Positions 1-11,600 of a stretch of DNA of 64,000 nucleotides are shown one piece after another (position 1 is the stretch's first letter; every line of letters starts with the position of its first letter). Under the pieces are notes generated by a model. That model was given only the letters and a program-made list of their open reading frames with translations. It had not been told where the DNA came from and made no database searches. The stretch comes from an uncultured delta proteobacterium. Lineage in GTDB: Bacteria > Desulfobacterota > WTBG01. A program made the translations under genes and the position numbers. The stretch lies in NCBI GenBank assembly GCA_963793865.1, contig CAWCBP010000001.1, forward strand, positions 32,001-96,000, written 5' to 3'.

Positions 1-3000
1 CTGATTCCGCCCCGGCCTGGTTCTGGCATGTGGCGCTGGAAAACACCGGCGCCGGGGCCGAGACGGTGGATCTTGTCTATGTCCAGGACCTGGCGATTGC
101 AGATTACGGCGCGGTAAGGCTTAACGAGTATTATGTGAGCCACTACGTTGATCACACGCCGCTCTTGCACCCGCGGAAGGGGTGGGTGGTGGCATCGCGC
201 CAGAATCTTTCTGTGGGCGGACGCAATCCCCTGACCGTAATCGGCGCCCTTGCAGGCGGCGTCAGCTATGCCACGGATGCCCTCCAGGTGTATGGCCTGG
301 CAAACCGGTCGGGGTCAGGGCCGCTGGTGCTCACGCAGGAACTTCCCGGAAGCCGCCTGCAGCACGAGCACTCCATGGTTGCGGTCCAGGATGCGGCCAT
401 GGAACTCGGGCCCGGCGCCGTATCGGAACGCGGTTTCTTCGGCTGGTTTGAAGAGCATCATCCTGATGCAAGCTCTTCCGAGGATCTCGTCTTTGTAGAC
501 AGGGCCCTGTCATTGTCCGGGGCCGTACCGGATGAGGAACCGGACGAAATCATCCCCGCAGCCGCTGCGCCGAGTCTTTTCAGTACCGCCCCATTGCTGG
601 AAGCGCTGGAGCTGAGCGACGATGAAACAACCCGCCTCTTTGGCGGTGATCGCCACGATGAAGAGTACGAGGACGACCGTCTGCTCTCTTTTTTCACCGG
701 CATGAACCGTCACGTGGTGCTCAAAGCCAAGGAGTTACGGGTATTGCGTCCCCACGGCCATATCATGCGCACCGGCGGCGGCCTGATTCCTGACGAGGCC
801 TCGCTGACCTCCACCGCCTGGATGGCCGGCGTATTTCATTCCATGGTAACACAGGGCCACGTGAACATCAACCGCTTCCTCTCCACCGCCCACAGCTATC
901 TGCGCCTCCTCTGTTCAAACGGTCAGCGCATTTTCGTTGAGCTGGACAACCGATGGCAGTTGCTCGATGTGCCCTCCGCCTTCGCCATGGAGCCCGACGG
1001 CTGCCGCTGGATTTATAAACACAATGCTGGGCTGATCGAAGTTCGCAGCGGCGCCCCGGCTGACAGCCATGTACTTACCCTAGCCCTCAACGTACTTTCG
1101 GGTGATCCCGTCCGTTTCCTGATTTCCAACCACGTGGCCATCAACGGGGATGACGGCAGCAATGCGGTGCCGGTGGAATGTGAGGAGGACCACGAAGGAA
1201 TTTTTGTTCGCGCAGTGCCCGATTGTGATGTGGGCCGCCGTTTCCCAGAAGGCGGTTTCCGCATTGCCTTTCAACCGGGCACAGCCGTTGAACGAACCGG
1301 TCGGGATGAGCTGCTCTTTGCCGACGGCCAATCCCGCAATCTGCCGTTTTTGTGCGTGCTCACCGCGCCCGCGCTCTCAGCAGGGCTGCAGATATCAGGA
1401 TGCCTTATTGATAAAGACGAAAGCGCAATGGCAGCGCCGGCTGCCGAAGGGTATGGGAGTGATTTGACGCCGGTGCTCAGCGTTGCTCCGCCCGCGGCAA
1501 GTCCACTGGCGGGGCCGATGTCACGTTTTAAAACCATCCTCCCCTGGTACATACAGAACGCCTTTATCCACTACCTTGCCCCGCGCGGGCTGGAGCAGTA
1601 TTCCGGGGGCGGATGGGGCGTGCGGGATGTCTGCCAGGGGCCGGTGGAACTCCTGCTGGCCCTGGGCCGTTTCGAGCCGGTACGGGACCTCCTGATCCGC
1701 GTTTTCAGGACACAGAATCCGGACGGGGACTGGCCGCAGTGGTTCATGTTTTTTGAACGGGAGCGAAACATCAGGCCGGGCGATTCCCACGGTGACATCG
1801 TCTTCTGGCCTTTGTTGGCCCTGGCCCAGTACCTGATTGCTTCGGGCGATGCGGGGCTGCTTGAGGAGCAGGCGGTTTTCTTTCATCCTGAAGGCGACGG
1901 GCAGGCCGAGCGTGCAACGGTGTGGCAGCACGTTGAGCGTGCTCTGGCGGTGATTGCCGCCCGGGTCATACACGGTACCCGGCTGGCGGCTTACGGCAAC
2001 GGTGATTGGAACGACTCGCTGCAGCCGGCACAGCCGGCCATGCGCGAGCGCCTCTGCAGCAGCTGGACGGTAACCCTCCATTACCAGACCCTGACCACGC
2101 TGGCTGAAGCCCTGCGCGGGCGGGGCCATGAGGACGCCGCCGGCCGGTGTGAGACCATGGCTGCCGGAGTCCGCGAGGAGTTCGGACGGCTGCTGGTTGA
2201 TGAGGTCCTGGCCGGATTTGCCTTTTTCCATGAGGACGGGATCCATCGAATACCTGCTGCATCCCCGAGACCGGATCACCGGGCTCTCCTACAGTCTGCT
2301 GCCCATGATACATGCCATAATCAATGACCTGTTAACCCCTGAGCAGGCGCGCCGGCATCTGCAGATCATCAGGGATCATCTGCTCGGTCCAGATGGCGCC
2401 CGGCTCTTTGACCGCCCGGTGCAATACCGGGGCGGCACACAGCGCTACTTCCAGCGGGCGGAAAGCACTTCTTTCTTTGGCCGGGAAAACGGACTTATGT
2501 ACACCCACGCCCACCTGCGCTACGCGGAAGCGCTCGCGCATTACGGTGACGCCGATGGTTTTTTCCGGGCCCTGTGTCAGGCCAACCCTGTCGGCATGAA
2601 AGAGCTGGTGCCTCCCGCGAGACTGCGCCAGGCCAATTGTTATTACTCAAGCTCCGATGCGGCGTTCGCCGACCGCTACCAGGCATATGCCGAGTATGAG
2701 AAGGTGATGAAAGGGGAAGTTCCGCTTGAGGGTGGCTGGCGGGTGTATTCGAGCGGGGCGGGCATTGCAACCGGACTCATCATGCGCTGTCTTTTTGGTT
2801 TTCTCCAGGGGAAAACGGATCTGGTGGTTGACCCGGTGATCCCGACGTCTCTTGACGGATTGCGGGTGAGGATGCAGCTGCGGGACGGCCTGTTTGACGT
2901 GACCTACCATAGCAGCGGTGCAGGCTGCGGACCCGCAAAGGTGATTTTAAATGGTGCGGAGCTACACTTTACCCGCGGTGCCAATCCCTATCGCACCGGG

Positions 3001-3078
3001 GCAGCCAGGATTTCCCTGGAGGAGATCCGGAAACATCTCACCGCGGATATTAATCAGCTCACCGTGCATGTGGGTTGA
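1..3078 (+). CDS. GH94-family glycoside phosphorylase (1,2-beta-oligoglucan/cellobiose phosphorylase-like); 5' truncated by window edge, 1-bp frameshift near 2241
   Basis: ORFs 30..2327 and 2128..3078 join at EDG/SIEY. Motifs EQYSGGGWGVRDVCQGP, YGNGDWNDSLQP, GRENGLMYTHAHLRY and GWRVYSSG. The frame is open to the window start. Confidence 0.85.
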
Positions 3079-3082
3079 TGCG

Positions 3083-3131
3083 ATGGAGGGCCATGCTCCG
3101 TCATGGCCGTTTAAGAACCATGTCCCTCCAT
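3083..3131. repeat. GGAG-type REP-like palindrome between convergent genes, possible bidirectional terminator
   Basis: ATGGAGGGCCATGCTCCGTCATGGCCG...CCCTCCAT. Same unit at 12226-12252 and inverted at 6353-6379 and 12634-12659. Confidence 0.75.
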
Positions 3132-3133
3132 GT

Positions 3134-6100
3134 CTAGAATCGCACCACTACCTCTGCCGGGCATTCCCGAAGCGTGAAGCTTGCATCGGTAAAACTGTCA
3201 GTCGGCCGGTCGTTGACCTCGACCTTCCTGATGGGCAGCGGTAACGGCGGTTTCACCACGATTCCTCCCCCCGGCACGACGATCCCTTCCCGAAGAGTAA
3301 AGTGCAGTATCTCGGCACCCTCAAGACGCAGTCCATACGATATCTTGCCGTAATAGGTTGCAAGGCCCTCAATCGCCACTTCAAATCCATCATTGAGCCA
3401 CTCCGGCGAAATCCCGGCGGCTACAACCAACGACCGGTCTGCCTCGCGTTCATAGGCGAACATGCTGCAGACGGACAGGATATATTCCGCGCTGATCCAG
3501 GTGTGGGGCAGGTCACCCATGAAGCTGGGGCTCCGCTGGTCACGCCAGGTAATTTCCGGCCACTGGTTCCAGGGCGGGATGCGCCGGTCGGAGAGCATGA
3601 ACGCCGCCACGTCCAGCGCGTCACGGCGCCTGCCCAGCCTGATCAGAGCCCCGATGATGCGGATCTCATAGGCAGTGTAATTGTTCCACTCCAGGGTGCC
3701 GCCGGTCCGCTCCCGGAAGCCCTCCAGGTATTTGCCAAAGGTATTGTGCGTCTCTGCCGGGGGCATCAGGTGCAGCAGGTCAAGGAGCCCTATGGCGTTT
3801 GAGGTGGCCGTGGGATCGAAATCACCGAACTCAACCGAACCCGGCACAAAATCGATGCCGTGCCGGGCGATGGTTGCCGACAGCGACGCGCGCACGTCTT
3901 CGCTCAAGGAGTCATGCAGCGCGGCAAGACGCGATGCCTCCTCTGCATTGCCCAGCTCGGACTCGAGCCATGCCGCGTCTGCCAGCCCGCGGATGGCCCA
4001 GAAATCATCCCAGTAGGCATGCACCGGGTGCGCCATGTATCCCTCGTGGCTCATGGATTCGGGAAGCAGACCGTAGCAGGCAATTTTGTCTGCGGTCCGG
4101 TATTCATCGGTCAAACGGCTGCTGCGCAGGTGTTCCAGGTAGGCAACCGTTTTGCGCACCGCCGGCCGCATCTCCTCCAGAAACGACTTGTCGCCGGTGA
4201 AGCGGTAGTATTCCATGACGGCGAACAGGAGCTGTCCATAGGCGTCGAATTCCGGAAGCCACTCGGCGCCTTCCCGGTCCACGCAATCGGGAAGGGTCCC
4301 ATCCGCGGCCTGGTAAGGGGCATACCAGCGGATGAAGTCGCGCAGGGCATCGGTGCAGCCCAGGCGGAGCAGGGCAGCGCCCATGATGACACCATCCCGT
4401 ATCCAGGAGCGCGAGTAGCGGCGCGGCCCGGGATGCAGCGCGGGGCCGTCGCGGTTGATCAGAATGTGGGCGGCGGCGGTCTTCAGGGTATGAGCAACAT
4501 CCGTCGTGCCGGGTGGAATGGTGATGGCGACGGCGCTGAGCCGTGCTTCCCAGTCTTGTACTGTGTGATCAAACGGCTCACCATCCATGAGCCCCTGCAC
4601 CCGTGATAGAATCAACCCGCTCGACTCACGGTCGATGGGTCCGAGGGGGATGGCAAGAGCGGCTTCCGCTGAAGCGCCCGGTGCCGGCTTCAAGTCAAAC
4701 CGCAGCGCACCTGACGCATATCCGAAATGGTCATGCACCTCCGGTTGGGAAGGCACATCACCGGCTGACAGATGCTTGCCCACCGTTCCTTCGTCAAAAG
4801 CCGCTGCCCCGAATGCGGCGGGAGGATTCAGGGGAATGACCGCCCTGGTGTTGTTAACCCAGACCACGCCTTCGCTGATGGAAAGGTCATCGATGCGGCT
4901 GACGCCTCCGAAAGACCGCCAGTTCTGCCAGGTCGGCGTTACCTGGAACGGCACCAGCGCAGCAAACAGGGTTACCGATTCTTTTTCATCTCCTCGGTTT
5001 TCCACACGGTAGCGAATGATCAGTACCGGCTTGCCGGGTTCCCCGGTCACATAGGCGGTAATATTCATGGACAGGCAGCCGATCCGCCATTCAGCAGTGG
5101 GTATGGGCAGGCAATCATTTTCCAGCCTCTGATTGAGTTCGGCATCAGCCCAGGTAATAAGCCTGCCATCCCGGTAGAGGAATGGCACGATGGAAAAGGT
5201 GCCCGCGTCCGGTTCCACCATGCCCTCTTCATTGAACAGGGCCTGCCCATCACCTTCACCGCTGCCGACCGGGGTCCAATAGGTCTGCCGGTTATACAGA
5301 TATTTGGGGTACAGCCCAGGCTGTTCTTCCTGCGCGATGTACTGGAAGAACTGATTGAGGGAGCGCGAGAAGTCGAAGGGTTTTACCGTAAGTGAGGTGA
5401 TGCCGACTCCTTCGCTTTCGACGCTGCGAAGGAAATGAAGCCGCAGATGTCGCGAGCGGGTCCGGGGGAGGTACAGATAGTTGCGGTCGCGTGCCGCCTG
5501 CTGCGACGTATAGACGGCTTCCCAAGCAGATCCGTCGGAAGATATGTCAATGCTGAATTGTTCCGGCGCAAAGCCATCCTCCCATTGAATGATCAGCCCG
5601 CCGTATTCACGCTCCTGCAAAAAATCAATCAGCAGCCACGGCGCATCATCCTCTGCGGTGCTTCTCCAGGATGTATTCGATGACAGATCAAGCGCGTGGT
5701 CCGGCGCATACCCGGGCAGCGCACTTGATGCTGCAACCGATGGGGTCAGGCGGTAGGTATCATCACTGTAATAAATGCTGTCTATCCATATTGTGCCCCT
5801 GCCGCCCGGCCCGGCGGCAATGACCAGCTCCATGGCGGTGACCGTGGTTGCCGGGCCGCCGCCCAGCGGCCCCCAGGCAAATTCGATCTGATTGTTCCCT
5901 ATGTGCACCGGCTGCCATTCTGCATGGAAATCGAAGGACTCCACGCGGTAGCGCCAGACATTTTTATCCGAGGGATCCATGAGCTTGAACTCGAATATGT
6001 TGCTTGGCGCGTTACCCCTGATCTGAAAACTGAAGGAGTAGCTTTCGGGGAGCTCGAGCGGGAACAGCTTGCGGGCAACTACAAAACCGCCGCCGCCGCA

Positions 6101-6232
6101 AAAATCAAAATCAAGCCGCATGGAATTGCCGTGAGGGCCCTGGTCCTGAGAAATGGTAAGCTTTGACTGTCCGGAGGTGATGGCAGTCCAGCCGGAGAGG
6201 TCCTCAAAGTCGTCAAGCACTGTTTCTTGCAT
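3134..6232 (-). CDS. Multidomain carbohydrate-active protein: CBM-like N-terminus, discoidin (F5/8 type C) domain and (alpha/alpha)6 glycoside hydrolase-like domain
   Basis: Start MQETVLDDF with GAGGA RBS. ASS...HALD...TSWRS...WLLIDF discoidin pattern. YSRSWIRDG, GLLPESMSHEGY and YWDDFW barrel motifs. Confidence 0.8.
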   Translation of the reverse strand: MQETVLDDFEDLSGWTAITSGQSKLTISQDQGPHGNSMRLDFDFCGGGGFVVARKLFPLELPESYSFSFQIRGNAPSNIFEFKLMDPSDKNVWRYRVESFDFHAEWQPVHIGNNQIEFAWGPLGGGPATTVTAMELVIAAGPGGRGTIWIDSIYYSDDTYRLTPSVAASSALPGYAPDHALDLSSNTSWRSTAEDDAPWLLIDFLQEREYGGLIIQWEDGFAPEQFSIDISSDGSAWEAVYTSQQAARDRNYLYLPRTRSRHLRLHFLRSVESEGVGITSLTVKPFDFSRSLNQFFQYIAQEEQPGLYPKYLYNRQTYWTPVGSGEGDGQALFNEEGMVEPDAGTFSIVPFLYRDGRLITWADAELNQRLENDCLPIPTAEWRIGCLSMNITAYVTGEPGKPVLIIRYRVENRGDEKESVTLFAALVPFQVTPTWQNWRSFGGVSRIDDLSISEGVVWVNNTRAVIPLNPPAAFGAAAFDEGTVGKHLSAGDVPSQPEVHDHFGYASGALRFDLKPAPGASAEAALAIPLGPIDRESSGLILSRVQGLMDGEPFDHTVQDWEARLSAVAITIPPGTTDVAHTLKTAAAHILINRDGPALHPGPRRYSRSWIRDGVIMGAALLRLGCTDALRDFIRWYAPYQAADGTLPDCVDREGAEWLPEFDAYGQLLFAVMEYYRFTGDKSFLEEMRPAVRKTVAYLEHLRSSRLTDEYRTADKIACYGLLPESMSHEGYMAHPVHAYWDDFWAIRGLADAAWLESELGNAEEASRLAALHDSLSEDVRASLSATIARHGIDFVPGSVEFGDFDPTATSNAIGLLDLLHLMPPAETHNTFGKYLEGFRERTGGTLEWNNYTAYEIRIIGALIRLGRRRDALDVAAFMLSDRRIPPWNQWPEITWRDQRSPSFMGDLPHTWISAEYILSVCSMFAYEREADRSLVVAAGISPEWLNDGFEVAIEGLATYYGKISYGLRLEGAEILHFTLREGIVVPGGGIVVKPPLPLPIRKVEVNDRPTDSFTDASFTLRECPAEVVVRF

Positions 6233-6243
6233 GGCAATCCTCG

Positions 6244-6379
6244 TTGATTCGAAAGTCAGGTCCGCTTCGTAGGGGCGACCGGCCGGTCGCCCCGACATGT
6301 GGATAAAAAAACACGGGGAGGGACGCGCTCCGTCGCATCCGATTATTTATTACGGCCATGACAGAGCATGGCCCTCCAT
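6244..6379. repeat. Composite ~136-bp palindromic repeat, copy 1 (GTAG palindrome plus GGAG doublet)
   Basis: Colinear with 12524-12659, with a compensatory change in the stem. Confidence 0.85.
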
Positions 6380-6385
6380 CAGCAA

Positions 6386-6457
6386 CGTCATCCTGTGACT
6401 TGATCGCAGGATCCAAAAAAAAGAAACTGGATTCTGCAGTCGAGCCGCAGAATGACG
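6386..6457. repeat. CGTC-type palindromic repeat doublet
   Basis: CGTCATCCTGTGACTTGATCGCAGGATCCA...TGGATTCTGCAGTCGAGCCGCAGAATGACG. A half copy lies inverted at 48634-48663. Confidence 0.75.
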
Positions 6458-6533
6458 TGTCTATGGAATAACAGTTTCATATTTTGTGGTGCCCGTCACG
6501 GGCATGGGTGTTTGATTCTAAGACAAGCAGGCG

Positions 6534-8277
6534 TCAGCCCTGAACCGGTTTATAAGTCCAGGCACCGCCGTCCTGCAATTCCAGCACATCGTCGTACAGT
6601 TTAAGCTTATCCCGGCCCTCTTCGAAGGTTACGTAAGAGATGTCTCGCTCGCGCATCATTTCCAGTATCCATTCCACCTGCTCCGGGCTCAGCGCTGCGC
6701 TCGGGCGATGCAGGAATGCAAAGCGGGGCCTTGCCAGGAGAAGGCGGGCGACGACCAGGAGCTGCTGATCTGACAGGGGAAGCGTGTTTTCCCAGTGATG
6801 CCGCTTATCCCAGCCCCCGAATCCGGTTACCAGGGTTTCGATCTTTAAACCGGCCAGCGTTTTCAGCATCTCTTCATCTGAAACCTGGATTGCCTTCAGG
6901 CGGCGGTCGACCGGACCGTCCTCCTCCGGCCAGGGACCGAGAAGCAATTCGCGGAGAGTGGCGGGAGGTAAAAAGGGCAATTCCGGCAGCAGCATGACCT
7001 TATCAAGGCCCGGCCGTGCTATATGCCCATCGCCCGCTTCCCATAGCCCGACAGTAGCGTAGGCCAGGGCGGTTCGGGCTGTTTTATCCCGGCTCAGTAC
7101 CAGCACCCGCCTTCCATGGGGAATGGCAAGCGTCAGCTCCTTTATCAGCACGCGGCCGCTTCGGGGCGAGCGCAGCGTCAGCTGCCGGTAGTCAATCCGG
7201 TCCGGGTCCTTTGAAAAGGTAATGGCGGATATGCGCTCCTGCATTTCCTTCTCGCGCGCCTCGGTGAGCGAAGCCAGCCGGGAGATGACCGCCGCATAGG
7301 AAGAGATGGACTGGAACTGGGTGACAATGAGAGAGAAGGCCCCCGAGCAGCTGGGTGAATGCCATGGCCGATTGGGTGATGACGCCGAACTCCACCTTTC
7401 CATTAATGAAGAGCGGCGCGATAATCAGGGCGGGGATAATCTGGATCAGCCAGTTGTAGCCGGTGGTGAAAAAATTGAGGTTGCGGTTTACATTGATAAT
7501 ACGTCGGAAGTTGTTCAGCAGGTCATTGAGGTTCCTCATGCTCAGCTGTAGCAGCCCGCCTTCACGGCATGAGACGGCCACGGACTCGGCATTGGCCCTG
7601 AGATAGGTGAGCGAAGCCCGGAAGTTTGCCTCCTTGTCCAGCTGATCGTAGTTCAGGTGCATAAGGGGGCGTCCAAGGATGAAGGTGAAAAAGGTTCCCG
7701 CGGCTGCGTATGCCACCGCCACGATGAAGAGCAGGGGGCTGATGGACCAGAGAACTCCTGAGAAGGCAATCACGGTCAGGGTGCCGTTGAGCAGCATGAG
7801 CACAAAAGAGAGGGTGGTGGTGCAGTAGGCGCGGACATCATCGGCAATGCGCTGGTCCGGGTTTCCCACCTCACCCTTTAATTTGAGCCGGTAATAAACC
7901 CGGTCGTCGACATAGGCGATGATAAAGCGGCGGGTCAGCCATTCCCGCCAGAGCATTCCAAGACGCTCCTCGACATAGCGGTGGATGACGGCAACAACGG
8001 TGGAAGCGGCAAACACGCAGAGGTAAAAGAGGGCCTGCCGGATGAATTCGCCCATGTTGCGGTTTTCAATGGCGGTCATGAAATCGCGGCCGACGTAGCT
8101 GTTGATGACGTTCAGGCCGTTGATGCCGAATAAAAAAAGAATAAGTATGGCAAAGAACCATCGCGCCTTCAGGCCGACCTGCTCAGCAAAAAGAAAATTT
8201 TTCACGCTCCGGACGAAGCGTTTCCAAAAATGGCGATCGACCGGTATGTATTCTTCTGGCATTGTCTCATTCCGCAC
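6534..8277 (-). CDS. ABC transporter permease/ATP-binding fusion (YddA/Rv1819c/SbmA-BacA-like TMD) with degenerate NBD; frameshift near 7342
   Basis: NPDQRIADDV and EANFR...RANAESVA TMD motifs. ORFs 7192..8277 and 6534..7403 join at a G homopolymer. Confidence 0.85.
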
Positions 8278-8388
8278 GGGTCGGAGAAGTCAAGGAAACC
8301 GCTCTTTGGGAGGCATTTTATATCAATTTTGAGAGAATATAAAATATCTTTATTGCACTTCAGGTTATCCTGTTAAAAAACCTATAAA

Positions 8389-8436
8389 ATACAACATGTT
8401 GTGCAAAATAAAAAAAATATACACAATAAGTTGACA
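8389..8436 (+). promoter_or_regulatory. Tandem NrdR boxes
   Basis: ATACAACATGTTGTGC (8389-8404) and ACACAATAAGTTGACA (8421-8436), 32 bp apart, matching acaCwAtATaTwGtg upstream of nrdJ. Confidence 0.8.
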
Positions 8437-8459
8437 ATACCGTTCCTTTTGGCTAGAAT
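8431..8459 (+). promoter_or_regulatory. sigma70 promoter of nrdJ
   Basis: TTGACA-N17-TAGAAT. The -35 overlaps the second NrdR box. Confidence 0.8.
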
Positions 8460-8646
8460 CCTAGTCTCAGCAAAGATGACGTCAAATCCGGTTTTGCTGC
8501 GGATGTATCATGCCCGTTAGGCCTTGAGTCAAAGGAATTTCGGGCTGTTGGTTTCCTAAAGCCGGCCGATAATCTTATTAGAGCGAAGAGATCACAGTGC
8601 GCTACGCTCATGCGGCGCACTGCGGGAAAGATGAGGGGGAGTACTT

Positions 8647-11600
8647 ATGAAAATAGAACGTTTCTTTACCCGGAACATATCATCACCGTATGAAGGCATC
8701 GCCTTCGAAACGCGCACCAGCGAGATAAAAAATATAGACGGCTCGGTGGTGCGGCGGATGAAGAAGGTGGTTGTGCCGTCTTTCTGGAGCCAGGTGGCCA
8801 CGGACATACTGGCGCAGAAATATTTCCGCAAGGCCGGCATACCGGCGGCGCTGAAGAAAAAGAAGGAAAAGGGGGTGCCTCTCTGGCTGCATTGCAGCGT
8901 GGCCGACGAGGAAGCGCTGGACTGCATGAAACCCGATGACCGTTACCGCGGCGAGGAAGATGCCCGGGAGGTCTTTAACCGCATGGCAGGCTGTCTCACT
9001 TACTGGGGCTGGAAGTGCGGCTATTTCGACAGCGAGGAGGACGCGAAGAATTATCACGATGAAACCGCCTATATGCTGGCCCACCAGATGGCCGCTCCCA
9101 ATTCCCCCCAGTGGTTCAACACCGGCCTGCACTGGGCGTATGGCATCGACGGACCTGCCCAGGGCCACTTTTACGTGGATCACGGCAGCGGCGAGGTGAA
9201 GCTGTCCGAGAGCGCGTATCAGCGCCCTCAGCCTCACGCCTGTTTTATTCAGAAGGTAAAGGATGACCTCATCAATGAAGGCGGCATCATGGATCTCTGG
9301 GTTCGTGAGGCGCGCCTTTTTAAATACGGGTCCGGTACGGGCAGCAATTTTTCCGCCTTGCGCGGCGAGGGTGAGCACCTCTCGGGAGGCGGTCAATCAA
9401 GCGGCCTGATCAGCTTCTTAAAGATCGGCGACCGCGCTGCCGGCGCCATCAAGAGCGGCGGTACGACGCGGCGCGCGGCAAAGATGGTAATCGTTGATAT
9501 TGACCACCCGGATATAGAGGCCTTCATCAACTGGAAGGTGACCGAAGAGCAGAAGGTGGCGGCCCTGGTGACCGGCAGCGTGCTGTGCGAACGCCACCTG
9601 AAGGAAATTATGAAGGCCTGCCGTATCGCCGGGCCTGATGACGAGGAGCGGTACGATCCGGCACGGAACAGCACCCTGGCCCGCGCCATAAAAAATGCCA
9701 GCAACGATGCCGTCCCGGTGAATTACATCTACCGGGTCATTCAGTTCGCCAGGCAGGGCTATGATGACATATCGTTCGGAACCTACAACACCAACTGGGA
9801 CTCTGATTCCTATCAGACGGTCAGCGGACAGAATGCGAACAATTCCGTGCGGGTCAATGACCAGTTTATGGAAGCGGTCCAGAATGACGCGGTCTGGCAC
9901 CTGACCAGCCGCACCGACGGATCCATTGCAAAGACGGTGAACGCCCGGAGCCTCTTAAACGAGATAGCGGAAGCCACCTGGCAGTGCGCCGATCCCGGCA
10001 TCCAGTTTGACACCGTCATCAATGACTGGCATACCTGTCCCGCCGACGGGCGGATCAACGCATCCAATCCCTGCTCGGAGTACATGTTCCTGGACGATAC
10101 GGCGTGCAACCTCGCCAGCCTCAACCTGATGAAGTTTTTTAATCCCCCGCAATGCCGGATTGATATTGACGCATACCTTCACGCCATACGTCTCTGGACC
10201 CTCACCCTTGAAATCAGCGTGGCCATGGCGCAGTATCCCAGCAAGGCCATTGCCCGGAACAGCTACCTTTTCCGGACGCTGGGACTTGGATGCGCCAACC
10301 TGGGGGCGCTGCTGATGGTCATGGGGCTGCCGTATGACAGCAAGCAGGGCCGGAACATGGCCGCCGGGCTCATGGCCATCATGACCGGGGGCGCTTACCG
10401 GACAAGCGCGGAGATGGCAAAAGAGCAGGGGCCATTCCTTCGATACGGGGAGAACAGCGAATCGATGCTCAGGGTAATCCAAAACCACCGGCGGGCGGCC
10501 TATGCCGATAGCCCGGAAAACTACGACGGCCTGCACATTCCGCCGCTGCCGCTCGATCAGTCGTTTTGTCCGGACTATGTGCTTGAAACGGCCCACCGGC
10601 AGTGGGATGAAGCGCTCGACCTGGGCAGGCAGCACGGCTATCGCAATGCCCAGGTGTCGGTTGCGGCCCCCACGGGAACCATCGGGCTGGTGATGGACTG
10701 TGACACTACCGGGATAGAGCCCGACTACGCCCTGGTGAAGTTTAAAACGCTTGCCGGCGGCGGTTCATTCAAGATTATCAACCAATCGGTGCCCCTGTCG
10801 CTCAAATGTCTCGGTTACAGCGAGGATGAAATTAAGGCCATCACCTGCTATGCCCAGGGACACGGCACACTCCAGGGAGCGCCGTGCATAAACAAGGCCA
10901 GCCTCAAGGAGAAGGGGTTTACCGACGAGATCATTGACAAGGTGGAGGAGGCGCTGCCCTCATCGTTTGACATTAACCATGCCTTCAGCCCCTGGAACCT
11001 GGGCCTTGATTTCCTGCGGTCGGTGCTGAAAATCCCCGAGCCTGTCCTCGACAATCCCGCCGCCAGCCTCCTGCTGGCCATCGGGTTCACCCAGGAGGAA
11101 ATCGATGCCGCCAATGACTATGTGTGCGGCACCATGACCGTTGAGGGCGCACCCTTCCTGAAGGAAGAGCACTACCCCATTTTTGACTGTGCCACGAGGT
11201 GCGGGCGCAAAGGCAAGCGCTTCATACCCTATGAGGCCCATATCCGGATGGTTGCCGCCTGCCAGCCGTTTATTTCCGGCGCCATTTCCAAGACCATCAA
11301 CATGCCCAACCACATAACCGTGCAGGAAGTAAAAGATGCCTATATGCTCAGCTGGAAGCTGGGCCTGAAGGCCATCGCCCTGTACCGCGACGGCTCAAAG
11401 CTGAGCCAGCCCCTGTCAGCGGTTGCCGAACTCTTTGATGAAATTGAAACGCTTGTGGGCGAACCTGATGCCGCCAGGGCCCAGCGGGTAAGCACCGCCT
11501 TCGTCCAGCGGCTCAGAATGATGCAGCGGGAGCGGCTGCCCAACCGGCGGACGGGCTATACCCAGAAGGCGACCGTGGGAGGACACAAGGTGTACCTCCG

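Noticed and set aside
8460..8646. Cobalamin riboswitch before nrdJ or the BacA-like transporter
   Set aside because: The B12-box and conserved core sequences were not recognisable on either strand.
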